A DNA stretch of 63,344 nt, counting the filler, from Squatina squatina (lineage: Eukaryota): assembly GCA_031763465.1 (NCBI GenBank). It is 4 parts of 4 records of this genome, joined end to end, with 100 filler letters (N's around TTAATTAATTAA, not from the genome) between each part and the next. Parts side by side here need not be neighbours in the genome. Positions count along the whole stretch, not along the records: positions 1 to 22,703 come from JARFOE010000080.1; 3 more parts are not named here. The stretch is one strand, 5' to 3'. A model generated the notes under the pieces. That model had not been told where the DNA came from and did no database searches. It worked only from the letters and a program-made list of their open reading frames with translations. Numbering within the stretch: the first letter of the stretch is position 1; each line of letters begins with the position of its first letter. Of this stretch, positions 1 to 13,842 are shown piece by piece. The translations under genes and the position numbers were made by a program.

Positions 1-1233
1 CCTCAGCAGCAGTGCAACCACATATTAAATCGGGCCCATTATGAAGACACGTTTTAAAAAAAGACAAAATATGCCACTTAACATAATGCTGTGAAACAAT
101 ATACAAGGCATGCTATGTAGGAAAGGAATCAAGACAGGAAAGTTAAAGTTTGGCTGAAATAATAAAACTTTGTTGTGTTAACAACTTCTTGGATTCATGC
201 AAGTCATACATGACAAATGCAATTTTAATATCAAATGAGATATCAAAAAACATGAAATGTAACAGAAATGCAAGTGTTTTCTCTGTGTTCTATGTAACTG
301 GGTCTGTAGTAATGACTGATAAAATATCTATTTGGTTTTTTTAAATCAAGTTCTAAGGAGCAACATGCACTTAATGTCAGGGCAGAACAACAGCTCAACT
401 TCAGTGGGCACAATTTTCTAAACGTATCACAGAATAAATGTCTATCCCAAATGTAAAAATGGATCAGATTTTTTTATCATCTGTTAAATAACATTAACCT
501 TTATTGGAAGTGAACATTCTAAAAAATACATTNNNNNNNNNNTTGTCCATCAATTTTCTCCTCTTCTTTCCGGAAGGCACTGACACCTTGCTGGTAAATG
601 GTCCCATGGGCACTGATACCTCCCCCCAGCTGACCATTCTTTATGTATGAGCACTCCTCTCAGCTGAGATCAGCTAAATCAGCATAGGCCCAGGATCAAA
701 CTTGGAACCTTCCCGGTCTCTATGTCCAGTTACTTACTGGATAACTTCAGGGAACCACCGGAGAAGCTCACGTTTGTCACCATTTTAATGTTTTCATGTA
801 GATGTTTGATTTTGCTTGAAATAGGTGAAAAAAGTTTTCTTTAAATGCCTGATATTACAATATATTGGATCCATGAATACAAACTGTAGGTGGTCAGGTT
901 AGTTGGTTTTATACAAAGTGAATGACATTCAGACGATCAATGCCGTTACCTTGATAGTGATTGAAAATAATTTTCAAAGGCATTTTGACGTAAGGAGATA
1001 ATACTCCAGTTTAAATGCTTCTATTTGTGTTTAAAGAAGAAAAATGAAAAATATTTTAATCCGATGCCAAATTGAACATTTTACATCCATGTGATATCTT
1101 TGACTTGGTCCTGTATTTACAGCAATGAAAACTNNNNNNNNNNNNNNNNNNNNNNNNNNNNNNNNNNNNNNNNNNNNNNNNNNNNNNNNNNNNNNNNNNN
1201 NNNNNNNNNNNNNNNNNNNNNNNNNNNNNNNNN

Positions 1234-1831
1234 AGGGAAATCATGTTTGACAAATCTAGTGTTTTGAGAGTGTAAGTGACAGGGTAAATAAGGGGGAACC
1301 AGTGGACATAGTATATTTGGATTTTCCAAAGGCATTCAAAAAAGTGCAACACAAGGGGTTGTTACACAAGATTAGGGCTCCTAGGATTAGGGGTAATATA
1401 TTAGCATGGATTTAAGATTGGTTAAAGGACAGAACAAAAGGAATAAACTGGTCATTTTTGGGTTGGTAGTGGTAGGTTATATCTAGTGGAATGCCGCAAG
1501 GATCAGTGCTTGGGTCTCTGCTATTTACAATCTACATCAGTGACTGAGAGGAGGGGACAGAGTGTAATACATCCAAGTTTGCTAACAATACAAAACTAGG
1601 TGGGAAAATAAGCTGCGAGGTGGATTCAAAGAGGTTGCAAAAGGATATAGACCAGTTAAGTAATTGGGCAAGAAGGTGGCAGATGGAGTATAATATGAGT
1701 AAAGAAGAAATTATTGACTTTGGTAAGAATAGAAAAGCAGAATTTTTTTTCTTAAAAAAAAGGAGAGACTATTAATTGATGGTATTCAGATGAATGTGTG
1801 TGTTCTTGTACACGAATCACAGAAAGTTAAC
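1234..1831 (+). mobile_element. CR1 LINE reverse transcriptase fragment
   Basis: Degenerate GKSCLTNL...VDIVYLDFxKAF...GxPQGSVLG...SKFA motifs. Confidence 0.9.
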
Positions 1832-2107
1832 NNNNNNNNNNNNNNNNNNNNNNNNNNNNNNNNNNNNNNNNNNNNNNNNNNNNNNNNNNNNNNNNNNNNN
1901 NNNNNNNNNNNNNNNNNNNNNNNNNNNNNNNAATTCATGGCAAAGCAGATCTTTAGGAGAGTAAATCTATCTTTCAACCACAATAAAAGCAAGCATAGCT
2001 TCTCCAGGGATCTTGCATGCTGTCTAGAAGATGGAGCTCTGGGAACTATCTAATTTAGTATACAACAACAGGATACCCTAAACAGCAGTATTATTTTATT
2101 CACTTAC

Positions 2108-2183
2108 CCCTTTGGCATCAATCACTCCTGGGTTAGCATTGAACTTTACAGTTTTAAGTCTGGATCGTTCTTTCCTTTCGACT
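2108..2183 (-). CDS. DLG2: DLG2 SH3-HOOK exon (76 bp)
   Basis: ctccAG acceptor, (R)VERKERSRLKTVKFNANPGVIDAKG, donor GTAAGT. Phase matches the preceding SH3 exon. Confidence 0.95.
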
Positions 2184-3050
2184 CTGGAGATACAGAACGA
2201 TGAATGGTCCATCAGAATAAAATAGCATATTTGGACTCAAATGGTTCAGACGAGTTCTGGAGAATTTAAATTTGATGGATAGCAGAATAAACAACCTGAC
2301 TGCTATAATTTTTACACAAAGATTTTAAAATTAAAATCACACCCCTATTTTACCCAAGTATTGTGAGATTTCCTGACATTTATATGATCGTTAGATATGG
2401 AATCATAATATGATACTTAACACTCCTGACCCATCATCTGGCAGCTCAAAGTTACATTAACAATATACCCAACAGGTCAACATTCATTTTAAAACCATTG
2501 CCATGTTCTTCATGGGTTTAGCCATTTTCCAGGTCAATAGATTAGCAGGATGGACAGAGTACCTGCATACAGTGAAGACTGTAGAGGAGGACAACCTGCC
2601 AAGTGGCCATGATTGCTTTAATGTAATATAATCCGATATAGATATATTTAAATATTTCCAATAAAACACTTAGGGTGTCCAATTCGAGTGCCCTGAGTTT
2701 CTGGCGCTAACGGACGAATTGGGGAGCGGTAAGTTCAGGTCTTTGAAAAAAATTTTTTAAATCAAGCAATTCGACACTTAGAAAAAAACTCACAGGCAGC
2801 TTTAAAANNNNNNNNNNNNNNNNNNNNNNNNNNNNNNNNNNNNNNNNNNNNNNNNNNNNNNNNNNNNNNNNNNNNNNNNNNNNNNNNNNNNNNNNNNNNN
2901 NNNNNNNTATTTTGCACTGCTCCAAGCATAAATGTAACCTCAGTAGCTAGGGTATGGAAAATTGGAGGAGCAAACATTTATCACAATAAACTAGTCTTTT
3001 CAAAATTCAGTTGTTCAGCAAATAGGAGATAAAATTCTTGATTTATTAAC

Positions 3051-3227
3051 CTTCTTTTGCTTGGTATGACACCCATCTCTTCACTGTCTCCTTCAGGTGT
3101 AACTCTTCGTGCCTGCCACCATTCATCATCAGAGGCATTGATAACATGCAAAATGTCTCCATATTTGAAGCTAAGACCTTGACTTGGAAGACCACTGTCC
3201 TTGGTTTTGTCATAGTCAAACAGAGCT
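3051..3227 (-). CDS. DLG2: DLG2 SH3 domain exon (177 bp)
   Basis: [58 protein letters not shown] bounded by ttttcAG and GTTAAT. FKYG and GDSEEMG point to DLG2 rather than DLG1/3/4. Confidence 0.96.
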
Positions 3228-4654
3228 CTGAAAAACATATTTCAAGTGGTTTTAAGAGTGTTGCATTTATATCTACACAAAGTTATTTGTTGTTGTTTTA
3301 AGCACACATTATTATTTAAATTCAAAATATACTGATAGTGTTTTCTGTTTATTTCCATTTTTGATGCTTAACAATGTACAAATGACAGCCTCATGACACA
3401 TACTCATTTCATAATCTATGTGCTAGTCACACCTGTGAACAGTTACAGTAAAACCTCACCAGGGAATGGAGTCATACACGGGCACCACAGAGATTGCCTC
3501 GGAGAAAAAGATTGCTGTTTGCAGGAACTGCATGCCACTTGGTTGATTGGAAGCAATGATGAGTTATTGAAATACCTGTTTTATCTCATGTTGCTACTGT
3601 TTGGCATTATTTCCGGGGATGTACAGACTAAGAAGAGGAGATATACACCTTCCAATCAGGTAGTTCTGTGTTACCGTCTTCACTCTTCATGCTCCATGGC
3701 ATGTGCTAATTTATTCTTTTCCAAAAAGTGAGTGTTTTTCTTTGCCTGTTTCAGTTTGCCATTCTACCATATTTATAATTGATCTTTTTAATTGATAATT
3801 TTCGTGAGAGGATGACAAATGAGTTTGAGGTTTCTAGGCTTTGTGTGTTGCTTTTAGGCGTAACATCATCTTGTCATCCAGTATCTTTGGAGGACTCTTT
3901 AAACAAGTGCATTGAGGAGTCCTAGCTCGGGTACGGTAGCATAGTGGTTATGTTANNNNNNNNNNNNNNNNNNNNNNNNNNNNNNNNNNNNNNNNNNNNN
4001 NNNNNNNNNNNNNNNNNNNNNNNNNNNNNNNNNNNNNNNNNNNNNNNNNNNNNNNAAGGTAAGTAAAACAAAACAAAAAAAACTTGCCTTGCTTGTTTTT
4101 ATCCGTGGGTTCCTGTCCACAATTCAGTGCCAGGTCGAACGTGCAGGTTTGCCGCTCCCTTGGTGGTCCAGATAGGTCCCCTTTATATATTGCAGAGCAT
4201 GCTGCGATGGCTCTTCCCTTTAGGGAGGGAGGGAGCCACTGAACACGGCAGCGCTGCAAGGCCCAGTGAATCGCGCTGCCGAGGTCTCCGCCCTGCCTGC
4301 GTCCATTAGCGCTCCAAGGAAGTGGAGCACTTGGTTTTGCACGCCACTTCCTTCTTGAGCGCAAACAGCAATTTTAAAAAAAAAGTTTGAAATCATTAGT
4401 GCCTGGCGCTAACTTTTAAAAATGAGCATCCCAAACAGGACGAGTGAATTTCTCCCCCTAAGTGCAATAAAAGAGCTCCAATTATTGGTTAGCTCCCACC
4501 CACATATGCAAGCTCAACATAATTAGCAAGTTAAAAAAATAAAATGGGGCCACGGAACTCTACAAGTTTTGTTTCCAGCCCATCGTTCAAGCAAACAATT
4601 TTTATTTGTCTGATTAATTTTCCTGTGAAAACATTCCAGATAGTAGCTGTTTAC

Positions 4655-4706
4655 CTGTGCAGAAGTAAGAGTTAATACTCCACAAGCAGCACAGACACAG
4701 ATGCAT
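4655..4706 (-). CDS. Candidate internal alternative first exon of DLG2 (MHLCLCCLWSINSYFCT)
   Basis: ATG at 4706, 17 codons plus 1 nt, then a CAG/GTAAAC donor. Non-repetitive context upstream of the SH3 exon. No homology confirmed. Confidence 0.25.
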
Positions 4707-7700
4707 GTGTTCCAAATTACAGCCTTTTTCTGGTAGTGGGATAGATAGAACACGCTTTGTTCTGAATAGCAATGGAGTTACTACTGGCCCTTAAAAGTTT
4801 TTGAAAGTCTACCCTCCCCCACCCCATGGCTGCCATCAATACATCCTAATTTGGATGATACTCTCAGTATATTAAACTAATAGACTTCTCTTATCAATGT
4901 CTCCTCTTAAAGTGCTGCACAGACAAAATATGTAACTGCACCAATATGTAAATCAATGTATTTTTAAAGAAAATAAAAGGCAGGTGATAAAACTAAACTG
5001 GCCTAAAATTGGAAAAATCAAATCACTGCAAGCATTTTCAAAATTTCAGAAGGATATGGCTACTGATACATATATGTATGTAATTTGTAACAAAAAGCAG
5101 TCTCCTTTAGCCTGCAGGGATCCATGTCCTTGTCCACTAGTCTCTGTATTATTGGCAATGGCACATAAACCAAGTGATTAAGTTAAAGTTGACAGCAACT
5201 CAGTAAATAGCAGTATCAGTCTATAATTCCAGACATCAGTTTATGACTGCATCCTACTTAGTCAGTCTGCCTGAGTGAGAACTGCTTAGCTTTTTATGAA
5301 TAAACACTCATTGTAAAATGTGTATTTGCCCGTAACCCTCACCTTTCAATAGGCAATGCTTATTATTTGTTGACAAAATGACTTCTCAGCAGATAGAAGG
5401 CACCATTGTACATGATTTTGCTCCTGTGGTATTTGCAGAATATTTTAATATTTATTTTGAGGCAAGAATTATTTTAATGGATATAATACAATGATAATAT
5501 AATGGCAATTTAGTCATGAGATACTTCAAATTAAAAAATTGACTACATATCAAATCACAGTTACTCCCTGTGACGCTTGGGAGCCGAAATTGGCCCTTTT
5601 ATTAGCCTCGTTAGCATCTCCGAGGGGTAATAAGGCGGCTATAAATGATTCTCGTCTGGGTGGGGTGTGATCTCGCCTCCCAGAAAATTGTCCGGGAGGT
5701 CATGGAGGCACTAGGCCCTTATCGCTGTGGCCCGTGATTAGCGCCCTGCTGATTCCTCACCATCCCGCGGCGACCCCTTTGCGCCCTGTGAAGGGAACTG
5801 GCCCATGGAACACAAGGTCTGCGGGTGGCAATGGCACCGACAGCGTTGNNNNNNNNNNNNNNNNNNNNNNNNNNNNNNNNNNNNNNNNNNNNNNNNNNNN
5901 NNNNNNNNNNNNNNNNNNNNNNNNNNNNNNNNNNNNNNNNNNNNNNNNGAAAAAATCATCAATTCCTCTCCTGAAAACAAGCCTACCTTCCCAATTATGT
6001 TTGAATCTTCCCAGTAATAACCAGGAGCCAGGGCTATCCTGTCACAGCAGCAGCAGTACAGCTCAAGAAGGAATGACCCATTAAAAATGTGCAGTCAAAC
6101 CCGGTGTCATTTGACCAAGTTGAAGCATCAGTGTTTTCTGTTATTTCAACTCGTCATCCTATCACTGCAGTCTGTGGCGGCACATGATGGAATGGTTTAA
6201 TAGCTCATAACATCAAACAACGAAAGCCTTTAAATGCTGACAGCAGCTTTTTACTGCAGTCGGTAATCATTATTCGACTTTATTTCATATATCCTTTTCA
6301 CCTGAGGGATAATAGTTTCATATGTTCATTCAGGCTACCAAAGCTATTAATTGTTTTCCACTAATGCTCAACTGTGATCCCCCCCCTACCCCCGATAGTT
6401 AGCATGCTCCATTTTAATTCATTTGTTTACAGGTTTCTAAGATTCTAAGATCAGAAGAAGGAATGAACAAGGATTTTTAAAACACAATTATTTGCACAAG
6501 GAAAAAAAATCTGCATTTAAAACAACAATGGGCCTTGTTTTATACTTTGGATGTCAGGAATGAACTTGGCACTGACTGTGCTGGGGATGCACAATTTTGT
6601 TTTTCATTTTAATGCTAAAGGACTGAACAGGTGAATTATATGCAAATTAAAAAAATATATATANNNNNNNNNNNNNNNNNNNNNNNNNNNNNNNNNNNNN
6701 NNNNNNNNNNNNNNNNNNNNNNNNNNNNNNNNNNNNNNNNNNNNNNNNNNNNNNNNNNNNNNNACTCTATTTCTATATCTCTATTTTTGCCAGCAGTTAT
6801 CTGTGCACACCTGACATAAAAACAAATCAATAAAGAAAAATTGCTAAAACATACACACAAAGTCAAAGACATGTGTAAAACCTAAACACCCTAGTTGGTA
6901 TTCAAGTACACCACTTCTTCCTCTCACTCTGATCTAATCTGTTTTGCTTGCATGTATGTCAGCTTTGAACATTAGTTACATTTACCAAATTAATTATAGA
7001 AACATATTATTCAATCAAGAGAGCATGATAAACAAAATGCAATATCCACAGAACAAATTGCACAGGAAAGCTTTTGCAAGTTATACTGCTTACAAAATAT
7101 CATTAATCATTGCCTATGCAAAGGAGAGGAAAACAAAGAGTGCCATAACATGGATCAAATCATGTCCAACCAGACTATTAAAAGACAAATTTGTTAGAGC
7201 GCTGGACGCTGGAGCAACTTACTGCTGATTCAATAATCACATCGTTCACTACTTAAATTTGAGTTGCTGCTTATCTGATCTTAATAAAATCATATCCAGA
7301 AGATTTCTTCTTGAAAAGGAAATGTTACAACTTAACATTTAAAGCCATGTATTAACTCTATAGACTTACCAACAATTTGTTATCCTAATTCTTGAACAGA
7401 ACAGGAAATAAACACTTCACAGTTTGCTGAAGAGACACTAATTGAGTTCAGAATGCTTGCAACTCACTACACCAATTCCAAAAACAGTAATTGTAATCTG
7501 CAATAATATATAGAGCTCAGACTGCCGTTATTTTGTTGAACTTAATGTTATTTCATTCCTACAAACGACTAAACATTTTTTTTCTTAACCAGTACCTCCC
7601 TGCATCTTCTACATGGGGTACCGTCGGTCTGCCATCTGTTACATTTCTTCACAGATCTATACAAATAAAAATATTTGCCACAAGACAAATTGTTATCTTA

Positions 7701-8096
7701 CTTCAGTGAACATACAGTATTGCATGGAAGATCAACAGATTTCCACCATTTCACTGCTGCCGGTATCATTTGTCTTTTAATTTGTCTGGTTGGACTTGAT
7801 GAAGATGGAAAAAATACAAGGGTAATTTATTTCAAATTGCCCCCATACTTTCTAAAATTCAATAATTTAACTAACACTTTACAGTTGCCCAAAGCAAAGT
7901 TAAAGCATTCTGCGTATGAATTGCCTGCTCATAATATAATGTAGAGCAGATGATGTATTCTCCTCGGCATATCATTGACAGATGCCTTGTTTTAACGAAA
8001 TATGATTTAAACCAGACAGTGTACCTACTTTCTAACCAGCTGCAATGGCAAGCCTTTTATTTCAGTAAAACAGACATCTTTTTGTCCAAGCTCATT

Positions 8097-8232
8097 GGGG
8101 TGGATCTTGACTTTGTGTGATATTTATTGCGAAATGTAATTCTAGGTAAATAAAAATAGGGAGCGTTGTTAAATGGGCTGCCGACTCGCTATCACCCATT
8201 TTACACTATTGCACAAAGTTAAGATCTACCCC
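8097..8232. mobile_element. MITE with ~26 bp terminal inverted repeats
   Basis: GGGGTGGATCTTGACTTTGTGTGATA ... TATTGCACAAAGTTAAGATCTACCCC. Confidence 0.8.
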
Positions 8233-8233
8233 G

Positions 8234-8335
8234 TTAGGTTTAAGTGTGTGCAGTTTTAGTCTCCTAATCTGAGGAAGGACATTCTTGCTATTGAGGGAGT
8301 GCAGCGAAGGTTCACCAGATTGATTCCCGGGATGG
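8234..8335 (+). mobile_element. CR1 LINE fragment
   Basis: Degenerate CVQFxSPxLRKDILAIEGVQRRFTRLIPG. Confidence 0.8.
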
Positions 8336-8459
8336 NNNNNNNNNNNNNNNNNNNNNNNNNNNNNNNNNNNNNNNNNNNNNNNNNNNNNNNNNNNNNNNNN
8401 NNNNNNNNNNNNNNNNNNNNNNNNNNNNNNNNNNNACAATAGAGGTCACCTTTAAACAA

Positions 8460-8750
8460 CTAGTACGTAATTGATAACATAACGTAGCTCACCTGTAATC
8501 AATAATCAGTACAATATGCTTACCTATAATCAATCTATAATCAACACAACAAAGATCAACTCTAATCAGTACAGCAGGGCACATCTATAATCAATATTTA
8601 ATACTACTGGCTCACTCATAATCAATAATCAATCAATAATCAATACAACAGGGCTCACATATAAACAATAATCAATACAATGGGCTGAGCTACAATCAAT
8701 AATCAATCAATAATCAATGCAACGGTCCACATATATAATAAATCAATAAC
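8460..8750. repeat. Minisatellite, ~31-39 bp unit (tataatcaataatcaatacaacagggctcac)
   Basis: About 8 degenerate tandem units visible. Confidence 0.8.
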
Positions 8751-10944
8751 AAAGAACGAAAGGGCCTTCACATACAGCACTGATGCTGACAACCCCAAAT
8801 CCCACCATCCACACTTGCAATCCTGTTCTTATGATTGCACTGTACTCATCTTGATAACACCATTAAAATAAAGCTTTGAATCTCCTTCAATCAGATAGCA
8901 TTTATGATAACAGTATCAGAATAATACAGGGCTTATGAATCAAACTGAAAATGTCGTCGGGCTTCGGAAAGGTTTCCTGACATAAGCTGAATTTTCTGCA
9001 GGACAGAAAACATTCTGTCATGGAAACCAGACTCAAGTATCTGACAAAGAGCACTTTCAGATTCTAAAACCACTGGAGTGATACAAAACATTATCACAGT
9101 TAATTTCATTTAATACTGTATATGTGTATACATGTACGCACTTTATGACANNNNNNNNNNNNNNNNNNNNNNNNNNNNNNNNNNNNNNNNNNNNNNNNNN
9201 NNNNNNNNNNNNNNNNNNNNNNNNNNNNNNNNNNNNNNNNNNNNNNNNNNTCGAGGCTGACTGAGGCTGTGATATAGTTATGCAGGTGGCAGCCTTCCAG
9301 TATTTTGCTCAGCACTTCTTTGAGGTGTAAACCTGGACAATTAGTGTCACCTTAGCTATTGACACCAAGGGTCACAACCGTCAAGCCCAATCAAGCCTTC
9401 ACAATATCTATATGCATACACTTCCACCGGGGTAACAACTTGGTGAACAGGAGAGGAATCTTTGGTTGTTTTACCCCTCCCAATCCTGATAACATTGAGG
9501 CTAATTGTAGGCACAGACCATACATAGAAACTGGGACAACCTCCCACAGTGCCACACTTAATTTTTAAAAATTACTTTTATTGCTCCACAACACTAGAGT
9601 GCTGCACAGAACATTAACAGATTCATTTTTAAAATGCTTTACAACAGGGACTTGTTTCCCCTGAATGCTAGCTGAAGGGATTTTGTGATTGCAACATATT
9701 TTCAATTACAAACTTGGAATAATTTCCAACCCATGTGAGAAAAACACATTCTAATGTCTATCACCGTCTACAGAAGCATTGCTTCACAACAAATTACATA
9801 ATTTCTCTGCAAACTAATTTTCATATCCAATCATATAAGTACAGGAAAATGATTCAAGATTGCTTTGGCCTATTCTAAAACTGTCACCTGGTGATTAGAT
9901 TAGGTAAGTAGCCCCCCAATGCCTCAGATGGTAAATGCATTGGTTAGTGTGGAACTTACCCATCCATTCCATAAAAGTACTTGGTTTAAACCATGGGCTG
10001 TGCTGAGTTTATCTCAGGTGAGGCAGAGGTAGAAGAACTAAAATAGGCCTTAGAACCGTATGGTTATCAAGGGGAAAGATTGGTTCGGTTTCCTGCTTCA
10101 GATAACTAGAAAGTGTGCACATGGGCATCAGGTGAGGGCAACGTTTGTAATAAGCTTGCATTTCCTGTCCGACATATCAGAGTCTGAGGCAACCATTTAG
10201 TGTGCAGAAAACGAGTGCTGNNNNNNNNNNNNNNNNNNNNNNNNNNNNNNNNNNNNNNNNNNNNNNNNNNNNNNNNNNNNNNNNNNNNNNNNNNNNNNNN
10301 NNNNNNNNNNNNNNNNNNNNCACCATAATTCGCTGGAACTTTGGGACTGCTCCACCAATATCCTTGCCAAAATCGATAGTGGATTTAGGCCTTCATTTCT
10401 TGGAAGCTCCACACTGGAATAATGTCGCAGATCATTGATTCGCCAGTACTATGGCAAAAGTTTACAGCAAATTCAGGCTCAATAAGGTGTAGATTTATAC
10501 AAGAAAGTATTTTGCTTTTCAGTGTCAAGGGCACTAAATATAAAGACCTGGGCTAGACATCAACTGGGCACAGAGAATGATCATTGCGCCTGAACAGGTA
10601 GGCTCAAGGTGCACCCGAGATGGAAAACATGGCTCCTCCTGGCCTACAAGGAACCTATAAATATATTTTAAACGTCACTTTTTGCTGACGGGCCAGAGAC
10701 TGCATGGGCCATAGTCGGGCCCACGGTTAAAATGGCAAGCACATCCCGAAGACATAATCGGGTCGCAACAATGCCATTTATATTAAGCTTCCACTCCTCT
10801 GGGATGTTGACCCTCCCATGTCTAAATTCAAGTAAAAAGTGGGGGCACCAGAATGTCTCAGGAACGCAGCGAGAATCCCCTCACCACCTCACCGCTCACC
10901 GTTCCCCGCCTTCACTGTTGCCTTCAGGCATTGGGGATTAAAAT

Positions 10945-11130
10945 TATAGAATCATAGAATGTTACAGCTTATGCCGACTCTTTAAAAAGAGCTATTCAAT
11001 TAGTCCCACTTCCCTAATCTACCCTCAGCCCTGAAAATTTTTATTTTTCAACAATTTATCCAGTTCTCTTTTGAAAGTTAGCATTGAATCTGCTTCCACC
11101 GCCCTTTTTGGCACTGAAAAGCATTCTGAA
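10945..11130 (-). mobile_element. CR1 LINE 3' end
   Basis: atagaatcatagaa tail followed by CR1 3' UTR-like sequence. Confidence 0.7.
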
Positions 11131-13050
11131 AGAAATTCCACAGACTGCACGTCTAAGTGAATTGCAGTTTATCAATGGGATATAAGCAGGGAGGCCAGTT
11201 CTGCAGGTAAACAGGAGCTTCTCATTTTCTCTTTGAAAGCTACTCATGGAGAGATTTGAAAAATGTCTCTACAATTGTGCCCATCAGATACGGGAATGGG
11301 ACTCAAATCAATGGTTATTTTGCTGTTATCTGTAAACTGATTATGGGACATGTGTAGGCAGAACTAAAGAGGCTACCTTGAAAGGATCAAAAGGAATAAA
11401 ATTATTGGTCTCAGACGGTGATTCTTGCACTCCATATAATTGGGTATCACTTAGCTCTAGTTTCTCTATTGTGCTGATAGCCCCGATTGGATCCCTACCA
11501 CGCATATTGTGAATCGGTATTGAGATCAAAATATGCTATCAACAAAATTAAATATGACGAAGTAGCACACACTAATACCTGTTCTACATAGATACAAAGT
11601 CTATCTGGTCTATTTCCATTTTGATGTAATCAACTACGGGTGTCTTCAGGAAAGAGCTTCCAAGTTCTTTTGCTAAGGATCAGAGGTTGCACAGCTCTGA
11701 ATCTCAGTGGCACTGTTCAGGATTCTTAGAACATTTCAGTTAGCAATCAATCTGCTGTCATGAAGAAACCAATAATAAACTGTGGAGACAGCTGCGCAGC
11801 AGAACTGTATTTTAGAAAATCGACAAAGAACCTAAAAATCAAGAGTACTGTCAGTTAAAATTAGGAGAGCTGCTGACTAGAGGGTACATTTAACACTTTA
11901 AGGTTAGTCCAAATTTAGAACTAAAGTAGAAAAAAAGATTCACAAAATAAATCAATGTAAAAACCTTACCTGCTGGGCCACTAAGAAGCTGAGACTCAAA
12001 CTTAACATTAGGTAGGCTACATAAACATTTGGTGGTAGAATTTTACATCCCACTGCTGCGTTGACCATTTGACCATATAATTCCTGAGTGATAAAGTCAC
12101 GAATAAGTACCTTGATTGAATGGAGGTGCAGGAGGAGAAATTGTGAAAGGGAATTATGAGTTCAATTGGGAACTGCATTGATGTATGAATTGCAATGCGC
12201 TCCCCATGATGCTATTTGTTCCGATTCAATTAGTGGAAAATCAGTGAACAAACATCATGAAGCAGTGTACCCAGTAATTAGAAAAAGCTATATATTTCTC
12301 ATTATAGAAGATATTAGGGAGAATCAAAATATTATGCATAGGTGGTACTGTCTTTCTGTTTAAAAAAAAGATACATAATTATAAATCTGTGGGTTAGGCG
12401 ATGGGCTTGACGGTTAAAACTTATTTTTAAATTTATTTAATGGAAATAGCCTGAAGTAATACTGACTGTAATCACTACTGTTACCACTGGTTACTGCTTG
12501 GTTATTTCANNNNNNNNNNNNNNNNNNNNNNNNNNNNNNNNNNNNNNNNNNNNNNNNNNNNNNNNNNNNNNNNNNNNNNNNNNNNNNNNNNNNNNNNNNN
12601 NNNNNNNNNAAAATGCAGAGTGCATGGCTACAAAGAGGATGATTAAGGTGCAGATTGTAATTACGTCCAAATAAAAGTCCACCCCCATATACATGCCCTA
12701 GCAATTCATAAATTGATAAACAATGATAGAAAATCATTCATACAAACAGCAGATGTTCTCAAAACAGGCAAAATGCATCGTAGTATGAGCAGTTAAACAA
12801 AGTATTCATCTCACAGCATTCCTGGTAAGCACATCAAATGGAGCTAAAGTAGAATGCAACAACTGTATCAGCAAAGCCATAGAAAAGTGTGTTGAAGCAA
12901 ATAAGAACGTCAAAACAGCTGCACATTGTACACAGTTTTTATGCTCTCCCACACAGATTTTGATATTTCCTGAGACTATTTTTTACAAAACATATATAAA
13001 TTCGAACCAAAATTAAAGTACACACAAAACAATGCCCACTGAGAAGTTAC

Positions 13051-13195
13051 CTGTCGGTGTCACCTTCTCCAAGCATGTGTTTTGGAAGAGGAGAATATCT
13101 TCCTGACGAGATCTGTGGCAGTGAGATCTTGTAATCCAGTGTATCATTATTCCCAGGTGAGGAGAGGATGTGATTCTCCATTGGAGGGCAATAAG
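13051..13195 (-). CDS. DLG2: DLG2 PDZ2-PDZ3 linker exon (145 bp)
   Basis: tttttAG acceptor, YCPPMENHILSSPGNNDTLDYKISLPQISSGRYSPLPKHMLGEGDTD, donor GTAACT. Resembles DLG2 YSPPMENHLLSGNNGTLEYKTSLPPISPGRYSPIPKHML. Confidence 0.92.
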
Positions 13196-13842
13196 CTAAA
13201 AAAAAAGACATAAACAAAAACAAGCCTGTTTGTTTTTAAAATTCTTAAAGAAGCACGCTTGGCAGACACAACACATTTCTGCATTGTATGTGTTAGCTGT
13301 TTAACCATAAATTGAAAATGAAAAATACTTGAATGCTATATTTTACAGGGGGTCCTAATAGACGTGATGCTAAATATGTATAACCAATGCAATGCAACAA
13401 CCAACAAAGTTACTTGAATGTTGAACCAAATAGCCAAAGTACGAGAACATTTTTTTTCCCTCCCAAAATGTATCACCTCACTCTTCTTCACATTTAATTG
13501 TATCTGCCGATGTCACTAATCAGTCTGTCTTCCTGAAGTCTTTTACAGTCCTTCTTGTTATTTTCCAAACCCCCATTTTTTGTGTGATCAGCAAATTTCG
13601 AGATTGTACTCCCCATGCCCAAGCACAAATCATCTTTTCTTAACATTGACTTCATAATCCCAAAAAAGCTGCTGAATTTGTATAACGTCCTTTGGTTTCC
13701 TTCTGTCTATTCCCAAGTAGATTATAAATATAACTACTTTTGNNNNNNNNNNNNNNNNNNNNNNNNNNNNNNNNNNNNNNNNNNNNNNNNNNNNNNNNNN
13801 NNNNNNNNNNNNNNNNNNNNNNNNNNNNNNNNNNNNNNNNNN

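Noticed and set aside
950-1020. AG/GT-bounded 71-bp segment as a possible DLG2 HOOK insert exon
   Set aside because: The only open frame (KHLNWSIISLRQ...) matches no known I2-I5 insert and ends in the wrong phase.
7596-7656. Exon-like segment (SVKKCNRWQTDGTPCRRCRE) in a DLG2 intron
   Set aside because: No DLG similarity, weak donor, and exit phase incompatible with the phase-2 linker exons.
8460-8750. CRISPR-like periodic repeat
   Set aside because: Contiguous degenerate tandem units without unique spacers, no cas genes, and vertebrate context.
11970-12083. Open phase-0 segment with a strong GTAAGG donor
   Set aside because: No homology and phase incompatible with the neighbouring DLG2 exon; plausible by chance.
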